A DNA stretch of 64,000 nt, from positions 135,842,001-135,906,000 of the forward strand of contig NC_043001.1 of the NCBI RefSeq assembly GCF_006345805.1, written 5' to 3'. This DNA comes from Octopus sinensis (taxonomy: Eukaryota). The notes beneath the pieces are model-generated. The model made no database searches. It saw nothing but the letters and a program-made list of their open reading frames with translations, and had not been told where the DNA came from. Below are positions 37,701 through 51,500 of the stretch, one piece after another. How positions within the stretch are numbered: position 1 is the stretch's first letter; every line of letters begins with the position of its first letter. A program made the position numbers and the translations under genes.

Positions 37701-39473
37701 TTACTATATTCACAGAGCCGGCTTGAGGAACCAGCAACCTGGGAAGTCGCCTGGAGCACCATGTGCTAGGGGGCACCAAGGAGGGCATGACAAAGATAAG
37801 GAAATTTCCATGACTCTCAGCTTGTACATGCCGAAGTTCAGCTTGCCCGGGGAACCAGCAACCCTAGGGCCAGCCCTGTATATTCACCCCTTAACCTTAC
37901 TCAAATTCTATTCTTCATCTACTCTCCCCTACATTCCATTTAACTCTTATTTATCATCAAGCCCCATTCAACCCTTGTTTAGCATTTGGTATATTCATCC
38001 CATCCTACCCTATCTCTAAACCATCCCTCACTCCCCTCAAATACTCTTGTAACTTCTTGTTCTCCTGTCTCCAGATCCCACCCTGATACCTTGTCACTAA
38101 TTTTTATTGTTTTTTCCAGCTTCATCCATACAGCAAGATAATTATTCTGGACTCTTCCTCATACATCTTTTTATCATCTATTACAAAGTAGTCTGGTGCC
38201 ATGGAAAAGTACACAGTACCCTCTGTAAAGTGGAAAGGGTATCAAAACAGACTCCCTTATAGACATCATGTTACATAAAATCTTACTAGAAAAATATATA
38301 AATTTATTTTAAAACTAGCAGTATCGCCCAGCGTTGCTCAGGTTTGTTTCAACCCTTTAGAATTGGAATTTTTGAAAAGTAAAAATTTTGCATTATGTAG
38401 CTTGTTATTCTCTTCAAGTGAACATTTTTCCAGTTGAAATACACCGAAAAATGGTGACACAGCAGTAAAAAAAATCGTAACAAAATAGGGATTTTCATAG
38501 AAAAAAAGCACCTTTTTGATGTAAATAATTTTTGGTGTTAACATGGTCTGATTTGAATTTTTTCTTCTACGGAAGGAAGAGCAAGCCTTCTTCTATCATA
38601 CTCTCAATTTTGGTCAACTTGCGCTGCAGGGTTACGGAGGAGATAGTGTTAGTTGAAGGCTACCAAACCTGCCACACACATACAGTCATCAGCTTTATAT
38701 ATAGAGAGATAACATCTACCAAGAAGGACAAATGAATAAGTAGGACAAGAGGAAACATGGGACAAAGAGTCACCGCTGAGGTCACAGAGTGTGTGAGAAA
38801 AGAACATTGACAGTCGTACAAATTAAAAGTAATGCAAATAAAAACTAAAGTGAATATCAAATAAATGGTGTGCTTAATTGGCAAAAAAAATAAGGACCAT
38901 TCACAAATATAATAATAGCCACAGTTGCTACAAAAATATAATCTGTAAACAACGCAGCAAACTGGGTGATAAACAAAAAAATAAATAAAAGTTGTTTTTC
39001 TTTTATTCTTTTATTTGTTTCAGTCATTTGACTGCGACCATGCTGGAGCACTGCCTTTAGTCGAGTAAATCGACCCCAGGACTTATTCTTTGTAAGCCTA
39101 GTACTTATTCTGTCTCCCTTGCCGAACCGCTAAGTGACGGGGTACGTAAACACACCAACATCAGTTGTCAAGTGATGTTGCGGGACTAACACAAACACAC
39201 ATATATATACATATAAATATATATCTATATATATATATAGATTCAAGATTCTAGTTCATTGTTTAAACCTCGCCAAGAAAAATATTTAAACCACCTGATG
39301 AATGACTGCGACTCAAAAATTTGAAGACAGCAGGCAGGAAACGATCGTAGTGGGATATTAATTATATTTTTTGATAATTTTGTTACATATTTAAATAATA
39401 TAAATTAATCTTATGTATTGACTTAAGTCTTTCATTGTTTGATTTGCCTAATAGTGGTTTTGTCTCTAATTTA

Positions 39474-39516
<43 letters not shown>

Positions 39517-42500
39517 GACGTGCTTCGTTCAGTTTCTGTCAAACAAATCCACTCATAAGGCTTTGGTCAGCCTGAGGCTATAGTAGAAGACACTTGCCCA
39601 AGGTGCCACACAGTGGGACCGAACCCAGAACCATGTGGTTGGTAAGCAAGCTACTTACCACACAGCCACTCCTGCGCCTATGGTTCATAATATTAAAAAA
39701 AAAAAAGAAAAGCAAAATGTTACTTACCTGACCAAATTGGGTTGTCATAAGTAGTACCGGCACCAAAATATTCATAGAGAGATTTCTTCAAATGATCTGA
39801 ATTGATTCCTGTTGACAAAAAGTTAAGGCTTATTTTTACTGTTTGCTGAGTGGTAGTACAGATCATTATATTTGAACATTATAACATCATGAGAGAAGTG
39901 ACAAAATTATTGAAGCAGAAAACTATTGATGCAATAATAGAAATTATTCTATGATCTGGACAAAACCAAAGTACCTCTCATGTAAAAATCTATAATGGAA
40001 AAATAGGTATAGTCAAAAGCCTATACATAGAGTTATCTGGAAACTGCTTTGTTTTCCTATCAATGATCAGGATAAACAGTTACACAAGGAAACTGGCAGA
40101 ATCGTTAGTACGCTGGGCGAAATGCGTAGCTGTATTTCGTCTGCCGTTACGTTCTGAGTTCAAATTCTGCCAAGGTCGACTTTGCCTTTCATCCTTTCGG
40201 GGTCGATAAATTAAGTACCAGTTACGCACTGGGGTTGATGTAATTGACTTAATACCTATGTCTGTCCTTGTTTGTCCCCTCTGTGTTTAGCCCCTTGTTT
40301 GTTGGTGTCAAGAATAAACAATATCTATGGCTTGAATGCAAGTACCAGATGAACCATCATCTTTTTCTGCCTCCTCCTCTTACAACTTATGTGAATAATA
40401 CCAATGTAGTGTTTGTCTTCTTACTACATCGGTCAATGCTTGTTTTTCTTCATTCACTTAGTCTCAATGTTTTCCCAAAGATAATGTAAAACATCCTATT
40501 TACTCCTCATCAATCATATGTGTGGAGGTGCAATGGCCTAGTGGTTAGGGTAGCGGACTTACGGTTGTAGGATCGCAGTTTCGATTCCCAGACCGGGCGT
40601 TGTGAATGTTTATTGAGCGAAAACACCTAAAAGCTCCACGGGGCTCAGGCAGGGGGTCGTGGCGATCCCTGCTGTACTCTTTCGCCACAACTTTCTCTCA
40701 CTCTTTCTTCTGTTGACCTGCTCGCTTAGCCAGCGGGGTGGTGTCATTTGAAGGCTAAAACAATGCAAAGCGCACTGTGACCAGCGATGTGTAGCAACAT
40801 CTGATAGCCTGGTCGGTCACGGTCATGGTCAATCATATGTACCTTCTATTACATTCCTTCTTGTTGTTGCAAGCAGGACTAGCTCAAGGTACCAGCAACT
40901 TGGGTAGTCACTGAGGGCACCATGTGCTAGGGAAAACCAAAGAGGGTGTGACAAAAACAAGGAAATTTCCACAACCATCCGCTTGTACATACCAAAGTTC
41001 AGCTTCCCTGGGGTGCCAGCAACCTTAGGGCTGGCCGTGATATGTTACCGTCTTGTCACCACAGATGCCCCTCATATGTTCTACTCCCAGTGCTACATGT
41101 ACTTCTAGCATGTCCTCTTACCACCTAGTAATACCCTTCAGTTGCCACACATGCCCCTACTATGTTCCCTTCTGTCACTGCATGTGTCCTTAGTACATTC
41201 CCCTTTGTTGCTACATGTGCCCCTATATTTATCTCTACCACTGCATATGCCCCTACTGTGTTCCCCTCTGTCATTGCACATGTCCCTACTGTGTTCCCCT
41301 CTGTCACTGCACATGTTTCTAGTATATACCACTCCCATTGCTGCATGTACCTCAAGCATCTTCTCCTGTTACCACATGTGTCTCTATGACAGTTGTCTCA
41401 GTCAACACTTGTTCCCCAGCTACATTCTTCACTGTTACTACACAACCCTCTACTATGTTCTCTTCCCATCACTGCATGTGCTCCTACTATGTTCCCCTCT
41501 TGTCACTGTACACACCCCTACTATATTCCTATCACTACATCCTCAACACACTCTTATAATTACAATATACTCCCCACATTCCCCTACCAATGCTATATAA
41601 TATTTACAGACCTCCTCCTATCACAGTACACCTCCCAAATGACTAGATAGCTTCTACCCAATTACAATTTATTAAAAAAAATTGTCAAACTTTGTGTGAA
41701 GTGAGACAATATTGTCATTTAGCCCCAGGACAGCCTTGATCAAGCAAACCAACAGCCTAACTATCTTTCAGTTTCCAAAATACTCCTTGATATTTTAAGA
41801 CTATTATGTGTGATATGAGGAAGGTTTGGCTGCTATTTCTAGCAAGTCAGACAACTACATAAAGGTTCACTGATTAACAGAAGCAATAGTTCATTAAACT
41901 GAGAACATTTCTCATGAATGAGATACTGAAACACTGAAGTTTCTGTGTGGAAAGGATTTAACCCTACCATCCGATTGTGGCCGTTTGCCAGCCTCGCCTG
42001 GCACGTAAAAAGCACCCACTACACTCGTGGAGTGGTTGACGTTAGGAAGGGCATCCAGCCATAGAAACATTGCCAGATCAGACTGGGCCTGGTGCAGCCT
42101 TCTGGCTCCCCAGACCCCAGTTGAACTACACTCGCGGAGTGGTTGGCGTTAGGAAGGGCATCCAGCTGTAGAAACACTGCCAGATCAGACTGGAGCCTGG
42201 AGCAGCCCCTGGCTCCCCAGACCCTGGTCGAACCGTCCAACCCGTGCTAGCATGGAAAGCGGACGCTAAACGATGATGATGATGATGATGATGTTACTGT
42301 ATTTATTTTGAGATGCTCTCTGTTTCTTTCAATTACTTTAAAAACAACTCAGAATTTAGTAAAATAGCTTAGTTATCATTCAGCTAGTGTTAGGAACATA
42401 AATTGTGACTAAGGTTTGGTGGAAGATTTTAATTCAAATCTTATGAAAACAAGACATTTGTACTACAGAGCTAGAGCTGGTTTCAGCCGGGTTGGTAACG

Positions 42501-45500
42501 AAAGGGTTAAGCAAGGAGGGTGCAGCTTTAAATTAAAAGAAATCATCGGATATAAAAGAAATTAGTCCTCAGATTGGAATTTACAGGAAAGAGACAACAG
42601 AAAACAATAAAATATTGTTCTTGTTTACATTAAAGAAGCAGGTAAGGCTGTAAAGTTAGTTATAAAGTTCAATCCTACTTAGTGTTATTTTGGACAAATG
42701 TCTTCTATATTAGCCTGGTGCTGATCAAGGACTTGTGAGTGAGACTGACAGATGGAAACTGTGAGGAAGCCCATTGTATGTGTGTGTGAGAGAGAGCATA
42801 TATGTGTGTGCAAAAGTGTGCATGTGTGCAAGTGTCAATGTGTGTGTGTGTGTGTGTGCACAGGCATGGCTGTCTGGTAGAGGAGTTCACTTCCCAACCA
42901 TGTGGTTTTAAGTTCAGCCCCCACCACTGCATGGCACCTGACCAAAGCACTGTGAAATGGATTTGATAGACAGAAACTTAAAGAAACCTGTCATGCCGTT
43001 GCCAGTGCTGCCCCGACTGGCCTTGTGCCAGTGGCATGTAAAAAGCACCATCCGTTCATGGCCGTTGCCAGCGCCGCCCCGACTGGCCTCGTGCCGGTGG
43101 CAGGTAAAAAGCACCATCCGTTTGTGGCCGTTGCCAGCCTCGCCTGGCCCCCCGTGCCGGTGGCACATAAAAAGCACCATCCGATCATGACCGTTTGCCA
43201 GCCTCGTCTGGCACCTGTGCCGGTGGCACGTAAAAAGCACCCACTACACTCATGGAGTGGTTGACGTTAGGAAGGGCATCCAGCCGTAGAAACATTGCCA
43301 GATCAGACTGGGCCTGGTGCAGCCTTCTGACTTCCCAGACCCCAGTTGAACCGTCCAATCCATGCTAGCATGGAAAGTGGACGCTAAACGATGATGATGA
43401 TGATGATAATACAAAATAAGAAAATGGAGGAATAGATTTCTTTCAATCATCAACTACTAGATAATACCAATTCATATAATTTATTAACTAATTATTTAGG
43501 AACATCCAGATCAAACAGAATAATACAGAATAAAACAGTATACATCAATAAGTAAGATAATACCATAAGAACAATACATATAAAATGGATCTTACAGCTG
43601 TTTCAGCCTGTAGATAAGAGTATCTCATTATGCTCATATTAGTCAGATGTATTGAGGTGTGTGTCCTCATTTTGACAGTGCAATAATTGTAAATGAGCAT
43701 CAGTGTTATACAAGTGGTGTTCTTTGTTCCCAGTCTTCTGTGCAAACATGCACAGCAATGGAGAAGTATTGCCTTGCTTAGAAACCTGTAAGGGTTGGTC
43801 ACAAGAAGGACAGTGTCAACCCATGTCTGACCCATGTGAGTATGGGAACGTGAATATTAAGATGGTGATGATTATGTGTGCGTATGCATGCATGTGTGCA
43901 TAAATGTCAATTCCATGCATCATCATGAGCACTGTTGTTGTAGAATTTGGAGACATTCTTTATTTTCTTCAGGGGACACATGTTTTGTAAATCTGTGGAA
44001 GTATGAAGATTGGTTTAATAAGAAGATCTGAGACTCTCTTCGGTCATGACACAAACCATGGGATTGAACCTAGAAAGTTACCCTCCAAGGCACAAGTCCA
44101 GGCAAGGTTATTTATGGAAGACCAGCAGTCGCTCATGCATACCGGCCTCCACTCTCCATGCCGCCAGTGTTATCCAAGGGAAAGGCAAGGGCTGATACAG
44201 CTTGGCACCAGTGATGTTGCAACTCATTTCTACAGCTGAGTGAACGGGAGCAACGTGAAATAAAGTGTCTTGCTCAAGAACACAGCATGCAGCTCGGTCT
44301 GGGATTCGAGCTCACAACCTCACGATCATAAGATCGATGCTCTAACCACTGAGCCATGCGCCTTCACAATAAGAAAATACTTTCCATGTAAAACAAGGCT
44401 TGGTGACAGGCAGGGTATCAAGCTGTAGAAAACCTTCCTCAATAAGTTCTTTATAGCTTACTACAGCATAGCCCGGCGTTGCCCGGGTATGTAAGAGGCC
44501 CTAGTAGGCAACGACTAATCCCAATCTAGTCCTTTACCTCCAGGGAACGAAGGCGCATGTGTAGGTTGCAATGTCTTCTCTTCCCTCGAATACTTCTGTG
44601 TATACGATGTTCCTAGCTGTGCCTTTGGGCGAAAACATGAAAACATCATTGCGCCTCCCAACGCGTGAACAGCCCATGTACAGCCCAGAAAATGTGTTGC
44701 TTATAAAAAGCTTAGATTCTGGACCCCATGTCGAATTTATCGATTTTTTCAGAACTGGGGGAACTTTTCAAAATTTTTGCTGCATTAGTTTTGAATTATG
44801 ACATTGGGCTATGTGTGTGTCAAGTTTCATCAGAATCGGTTGAAAGCCGTGGTCAGGGTGAGGGTACAACCTGACACACACACAGACAGACAAACTGCCG
44901 TTTATATAGAGAGAGATACCAGCATGGAAAAACAGATGAACAAGATTTAGTGTGGAAGGTGCAATAGAAAGTTATCAAAGATGTCCTTGGTTTCTGTAAA
45001 AGTACAATGTGCATACCCTTACCTTTTACTGAAACTTAGTGAGTATTTCTGGGTGAGTGGGGTGCATGTGTGAAACACTGGTTAACTTTTTGTTTTATAG
45101 TTCTTGAAAAACTAACCTGAATTTTCCACAAGGGACTTCAAAACAACAAAATTTTGGTCTCCATAACAGGTTTGCTTGCCAGTCTTTTGCACATAGAATG
45201 GATTCTGTGATGGTTCCCAGAACTCCCAATCACTTCTTGTACTCAGTAAAGCAGTCAACTTCTCTTTGTTGTAGTTCCAATGAATTGGTTGCACTGTAGA
45301 AGATAAAAAGACAATATGTTTAAGGTAAGGAAAACTTACAAATTTCATCGCATCGTTATTTTGTGTGCACTTTCCATGCCAGTATGGATTTGTAGCTACT
45401 GGATTCAACCCCATGTTTTGCCACATAGAAATGTGCGGGTGGCGTGTAAAAAGCACCCACTACACTCACGGAGTGGTTGGCGTTAGGAAGGGCATCCAGC

Positions 45501-48500
45501 CGTAGAAACACTGCCAGGTCTGACCGGGCCTGATGCAGCCTTCCGGCTTTACAGACCCCAGTTGAACCATCCAACCCATGCTAGCATGGAAAATGGATGC
45601 TAAATGATGATGATGATGAAATCACATTATCCAATCAATAGCTGTTGTTCATATGACAGTTTTGGTGGTTTGTCTCGACTTTCTGTGAACACAGCCTAAA
45701 AATACAATCCAGTTGAGTGCCAAAATTTCAGAGTGACTCAATTTCCCGTTAGCATTCACTCTCCCCCCCCCCCATAGCTGTTTTCACAGCTACATATTCA
45801 ACTTGGAATGATTGAAGAAGACACACCATGGCATGTGAATAAGTATCTGATGTGTAAATGTAAGCTCAAATGTGGAATTTCTAACAAATACTTTCAGCAC
45901 ATGTTATAAATATTGTCTCATCTGAATATTTTTCTGTATTGCATGAGTACCTTACTCTTTAACTTGTTTCAGTCATTTGACTGCGGCCATGCTGGAGCAC
46001 CGCCTTTAGTTGATCAAATCGACCCCGGGACTTATTCTTTGTAAGCCCAGTACTTATTCTATTGGTCCCTTTTGCCGAACCGCTAAGTGACGGGGACGTA
46101 AACACACCAGCATCGGTTGTCAAGCAATGCTAGGGGGACAAACACAGACACACAAACACACATATATATATATATATACATATATACGACAGGCTTCTTT
46201 CAGTTTCCGTCTACCAAATCCACTCACAAGGCATTGGTCGGCCCAGGGCTATAGCAGAAGACACTTGCCCAAGATGCCACGCAGTGGGACTGAACCCGGA
46301 ACCATGTGGTTGGTTAGCAAGCTACTTACCACACAGACACTCCTGCGCCTATTAATGTAACAAAAGATTATGTTCTAACACACAAAAAAATCCTTTCATT
46401 GTTACAGATTAAATAGGTCATCACAATCTGTTCTATTTCATAGCCACTACTTTCACAGACAGGTTGAAGGACATTGCCTCATTTAATCGAGCAAATCGAC
46501 CCCGGGACTTATTCTTTGTAAGCCCAGTACTTATTCTATCGGTCTCTTTTGCCGAACCGCTAAGTGACGGGGATGCAAACACACCAGCATCGGTTGTCAA
46601 GCGATGTTGGGGGGGGGGGACAAACACAGACACACATACATATACATATATATATATATACATATATACGACAGGCTTCTTTCAGTTTCCGTCTACCAAA
46701 TCCACTCACAAGGCATTGGTCGGCCCGGGGCTATAGCAGAAGACACTTGCCCAAGATGCCACGCAGTGGGACTGAACCCGGAACCATGTGGTTGGTAAGC
46801 AAGCTACTTACCACACAGCCACTCCTGACTGTAAATTTTCCTTGTAAAAATTCAACTTGTATCTTTTTAGCTTTTACTTGTTTCAGTCATTAGACTTTGG
46901 CCACACTGTTGCACCACTTTGAAGAATTTTTAGTCAAATGAATTGACCCTAGTACTTACTTTAAAGTCTGGTTCTTATTCTATCAGTCTTTTTTGCTGAA
47001 CTGCTAAGTTACAGGGATGTAAACACACCAATACTGGTCGTTAAGTGGTGGTAGGGAACAGACACAGACACCAAGACACACACACACACATATGTAGTTA
47101 AAATTTGCAGAAAAGCAAAAGACGAAGACAGGTGTATGAATAACAGGCAGGTGTATTAGTATGACACTCGGGAAAGTGAGAAAGTCTTTTACGTTTCGAG
47201 CCTACACTCTTCAACAGAAAGGAACACGAGGAAATAAACAGAGAGAAATATATATATTAATATGTATGATGTGCTTCTTTTTGGTTTCTGCCTACCAAAT
47301 CCAGTCACAAGGCTTTACTTGGCCCAAGACTATAATAGAAGACACTTGTCCAAGGTGCCATGCAGTAAGACTGAACCTTAAATCTTGTAGTTGGCAAGCA
47401 AGCTTCTTACCACACAGTTATGGCTGCACCTATACTGAAAATTTAGACCATTTATTAGAGATAAGGTTTTAACTTGGAGATTAGCTTTATTATGAGTTAT
47501 ATTCTACAGGGCAAACATAAAAAGTAGGACTTAAAAATGGAGCATTTTTTTTAACAGCTTCATCCTTTAGTATTACTGTTAAGTGCAATGCATATTTATT
47601 CATATTGTTTTGAATTAATCTTGCATTATCATATGGCATCAAGATTTCAATGATGGGATTGCTTATTTTTAAAATAAGATTGTAGGATAGGTATGAGAGG
47701 CTGGATCTAGTAAGTTTAAATGTAAAACAGGTAGAAATTTTGGGGCTGGATATTGCCAGTTTAAAGGTTAATTAGAGAAGGAAAGGCAACACACAAAATC
47801 TATTTTTTCTGAAGACTGTTGGGAAGAAGGAGAATTAGAGACTGAAAGTAGAGTTGTGGCCTGAATGCTTTTCAATAGAAAGGACTGCAATGAAACTACG
47901 AAAGGACCAGGCAGTGGTGTTAAACTGGGTGAAAGAGAGCATCTATTTACCAACCATGAAATCTGAAATTAAAGAGGTGGAACAAATACTGCCAGGAGCC
48001 ATGTCTGGCGTTCTAGTAGTTCCAACAGTCAAACAACCTGGAACTGGTATTATATTTTATTGACCATAAAAGGATGAAAGGTAAAGTTGACCTCAGCGGG
48101 GTTTGAACTCAAAGATGAAAAAGAAATGAGTGGCTGTGTGGTAAGTAGCTTGCTAACCAACCACATGGTTCCGGGTTCAGTCCCACTGCGTGACATCTTG
48201 GGCAAGTGTCTTCTGCTATAGCCCCGGGCCGACCAATGCCTTGTGAGTGAATTTGGTAGACGGAAATTGAAAGAAGCCTGTCGTATATATGTATATATAT
48301 ATATATGTGTGTATGTGTTTGTGTGTTTACGTCCCCGTCACTTAGCGGTTCGGCAAAAGAGACCGATAGAATAAGTACTAGGCTTACAAAGAATAAGTCC
48401 CGGGGTCGATTTGCTCGACTAAAGGTGGTGCTCCAGCATGGCCGCAGTCAAATGACTGAAACAAGTAAAAGAGTAATACAAGGCATTTTGTCCTACACCC

Positions 48501-51500
48501 TAAAGATTCAGCCATTTCCATACATGCTATACATTTACATCTGCAACAATTTGCATTTTTTTTTCTAGGGAAAAGAAATGAAGACTTATATATTCAATGA
48601 TAAGTTAATCCTTTAGCATTTGAACTGGCCACATTCAGCCGAAATATTCTACCCACTTTATGTTCAAACTGGCCAAATCTGGTCCCTCACACCTACTCTA
48701 CAATGTCATTCTTTAAATATATAATCACATCATGAAACTCTTGAAGCTACAAGATAATTCATAATTAATTCAAAACAATGGGAATAAATAAGCAGAACAT
48801 TTAACAGAATAATCTGAATGCTAAAGGGTTAAACTTAAAAGCAATAAAGTTGTGTGTGTGTGTGTGTGGGTGGGTGAGAGAGTGAGAGTAAGAGAGAGGG
48901 GGGGTAGAGAGCAGCTTCAAAATGAGACATGCAGGTAAAACATGGTGCTTATTTCATTAAGTGGTTGTTCAACAAGTGTTAAATTTTGTTTAATTACTAA
49001 GATAATATGACAGAACCAACAAGAGACTTTCACTTCTGTTATTATCAGAGTTGACCAAACTAGTTTCTCAATGAAGTACTTGACTCAAATTGTTAAATGT
49101 CCTCTTAGATATTTATTGTTAAAAGTGAGGTCACACGCTGTAAATCAGGATCTCAAGATAAAGTTGAAGAGGCAGTGAATAGAAAGTTAGATGTAAATTA
49201 AGTTTACATTATATCAAAGCTATAGATAGTATTATGTTGACTTGAACTGTGTAACTGAAGTGCTGCTGAATAACTTTAGAATATTATCATTTATTAGCGA
49301 CCTGCCGAATCATCATGAGTTACATTTTATAACAATGACTTAAGTATATTTCTTTACTACCCACAAGGGGCTAAACACAGAGGGGGCAAACAAGGACAGA
49401 CAAACGGTTTAAGTTGATTACATCGACCCCAGTGCGTAACTGGTACTTAATTTATCGACCCTGAAAGGATGAAAGGCAAAGTTGACCTCGGCGGAAGTTG
49501 AACTCAGAACGTAACAGCAGACGAAATACGGCTACGCATTTCGCCCAGCATGCTAACGTTTCTGCCAGCTCGCCGCCTAATGACTTAAGTAGGACTCAGA
49601 ATGGACTGACATAGCAGTTTCTGTCTAACAGTCAAACCCATGCCTACATGGAATACAGAGCGAGAGAGAGAGAGAGAATGACACAGTTGTGGCCAAAAGT
49701 TAAGCCTAAGTACAATTTGATTTAAATATATACAAGCCTCCTGGCCCCCGTGCCGGTGGCACGTAAAAAGCACCATCCGATCGTGGCCGTTTGCCAGCCT
49801 TGTCTGGCACCTGTGCTGGTGGCACATAAAAAGCACCCACTACACTCACGGAATGGTTGGCGTTAGGAAGGGCATCCAGCTGTAGAAACACTGCCAGATC
49901 AGACTGGGCCTGGTGCAGCCTTCTGGCTTCCCAGACCCCAGTTGAACCGTCCAACCCATGCTAGCATGGAAAACGGACGTTAAACAATGATGATGATAAT
50001 GATGACAACATATAATTTTAGGCATTTAACATGAAATTCTAATTTTCAGACCTGTTTCAAACTTTTGGCGAAGTAATGGTATATTGCAAATTAAATATAA
50101 CTTTGGGCATTTAATATAAAAATTCTAATTTTCAGACCTATGTTCCAAACTTTTGGCCACAACTGTACATCCATACATACATACATGCATAGCACCTTAG
50201 AAAATACTACTAACTCTGGGAAGCAGGTTGCTAAGATAATTAACAATCTATTTAACAGGGAACTGCAGAAGCTCAGCCAAGCTTAAACCTTGGTTATACA
50301 TTTATAAAATGCAAGTTGATCTTTTTTTAGGCTCTTTTCTTTTCTGTAATGTTTGTATGTTTAAAGGTGTGTGCATGCCTTAAACAGACTTCAGAAATCG
50401 TATTTCACCATTTGCTAACTTCGGCTGACAGGTGTGCAATTACACAACGTAACAATTTAAAAAAAAAAAAATTGCTTATTGTATTTTTTTTATTGTTTAT
50501 CAATCCATTTTTTCTGCTGATTCCAAAAATACAATTATTTTTTGTGTATCACCAACAGTTAAAAAAATATCTCGACTTTCAATGTTATTATATATTTGGT
50601 ATTGTTATAATGTTCTGCTACTAAATGTATGTCTAATTTTCTCTTTCAGACCAATTACTAAGTTCTGCTACTTTCAGGATGGCTACTAGAGTATGTAAAA
50701 ATTCTTCAGATACATTTTGTTATGTGTGTGGTTATTATATTGGAAAAAAGCAGGTATTACATAAGGTTGTGAAAGGTGCCAAATTGTGGATAGCGTACAG
50801 ACTCTATTTTGGAATGCCCATGGGTGACCAGGACAAACCATGGGCCCCACATGTGATATGTGGAAGCTGTCAATCTATTCTAGAAGGATGGTTAAGAGGT
50901 ACAGGAAGGTCAACGCCTTTTGCCATTCCAAGGGTATGGGGAAAGTCAAAGAACCATCACGATGACTGTTACTTTTGTATGATCGATGTGACAAAGTCCA
51001 GAAAAGTGAAAGGAAGACAAGCTCTTCAGTATCCAGACATACCATCATCTAGAGCACCTGTCCCACATAATGACAGTTTATGAGTACCACTACCACCAGA
51101 AAATATTTCATCTGAAGAGTCAACAAGTAGTAGCAGCCAAGAAATGGAGGAAGCTTTCGTACCAAGAATGACTTCGGAGCCTCGCTTTCCAAATCAGAGT
51201 GAGCTATATGATTTAATTAGGGATCTGGCTCTTACTAAATCAGGAGCTGAACTTCTTTCATCAAGGTTGAAGGAATGGAATCTACTGGGGGAAGACTGCA
51301 AGACATTTGTGTATGGGAAACGCCATGAAGAATTTGAAATTAACTATGAAAATATTAATGATCTGTGTTATTGTAAAGATGTGACTGGTTTGTTTACTGC
51401 TATTGGACTCAAGCATGGTTCTGCAGAATGGCGACTGTTCATAGCTCAACACAAAGTCTCAAAGCAGTGTTGTTCCACAGTGGAAATAAATATCCTTTGC

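Noticed and set aside
41125-41650. Repetitive ORFs (AVTEGNTVG...)
   Set aside because: Derived from a degenerate 33-bp minisatellite in intron 2, with no convincing splice sites.
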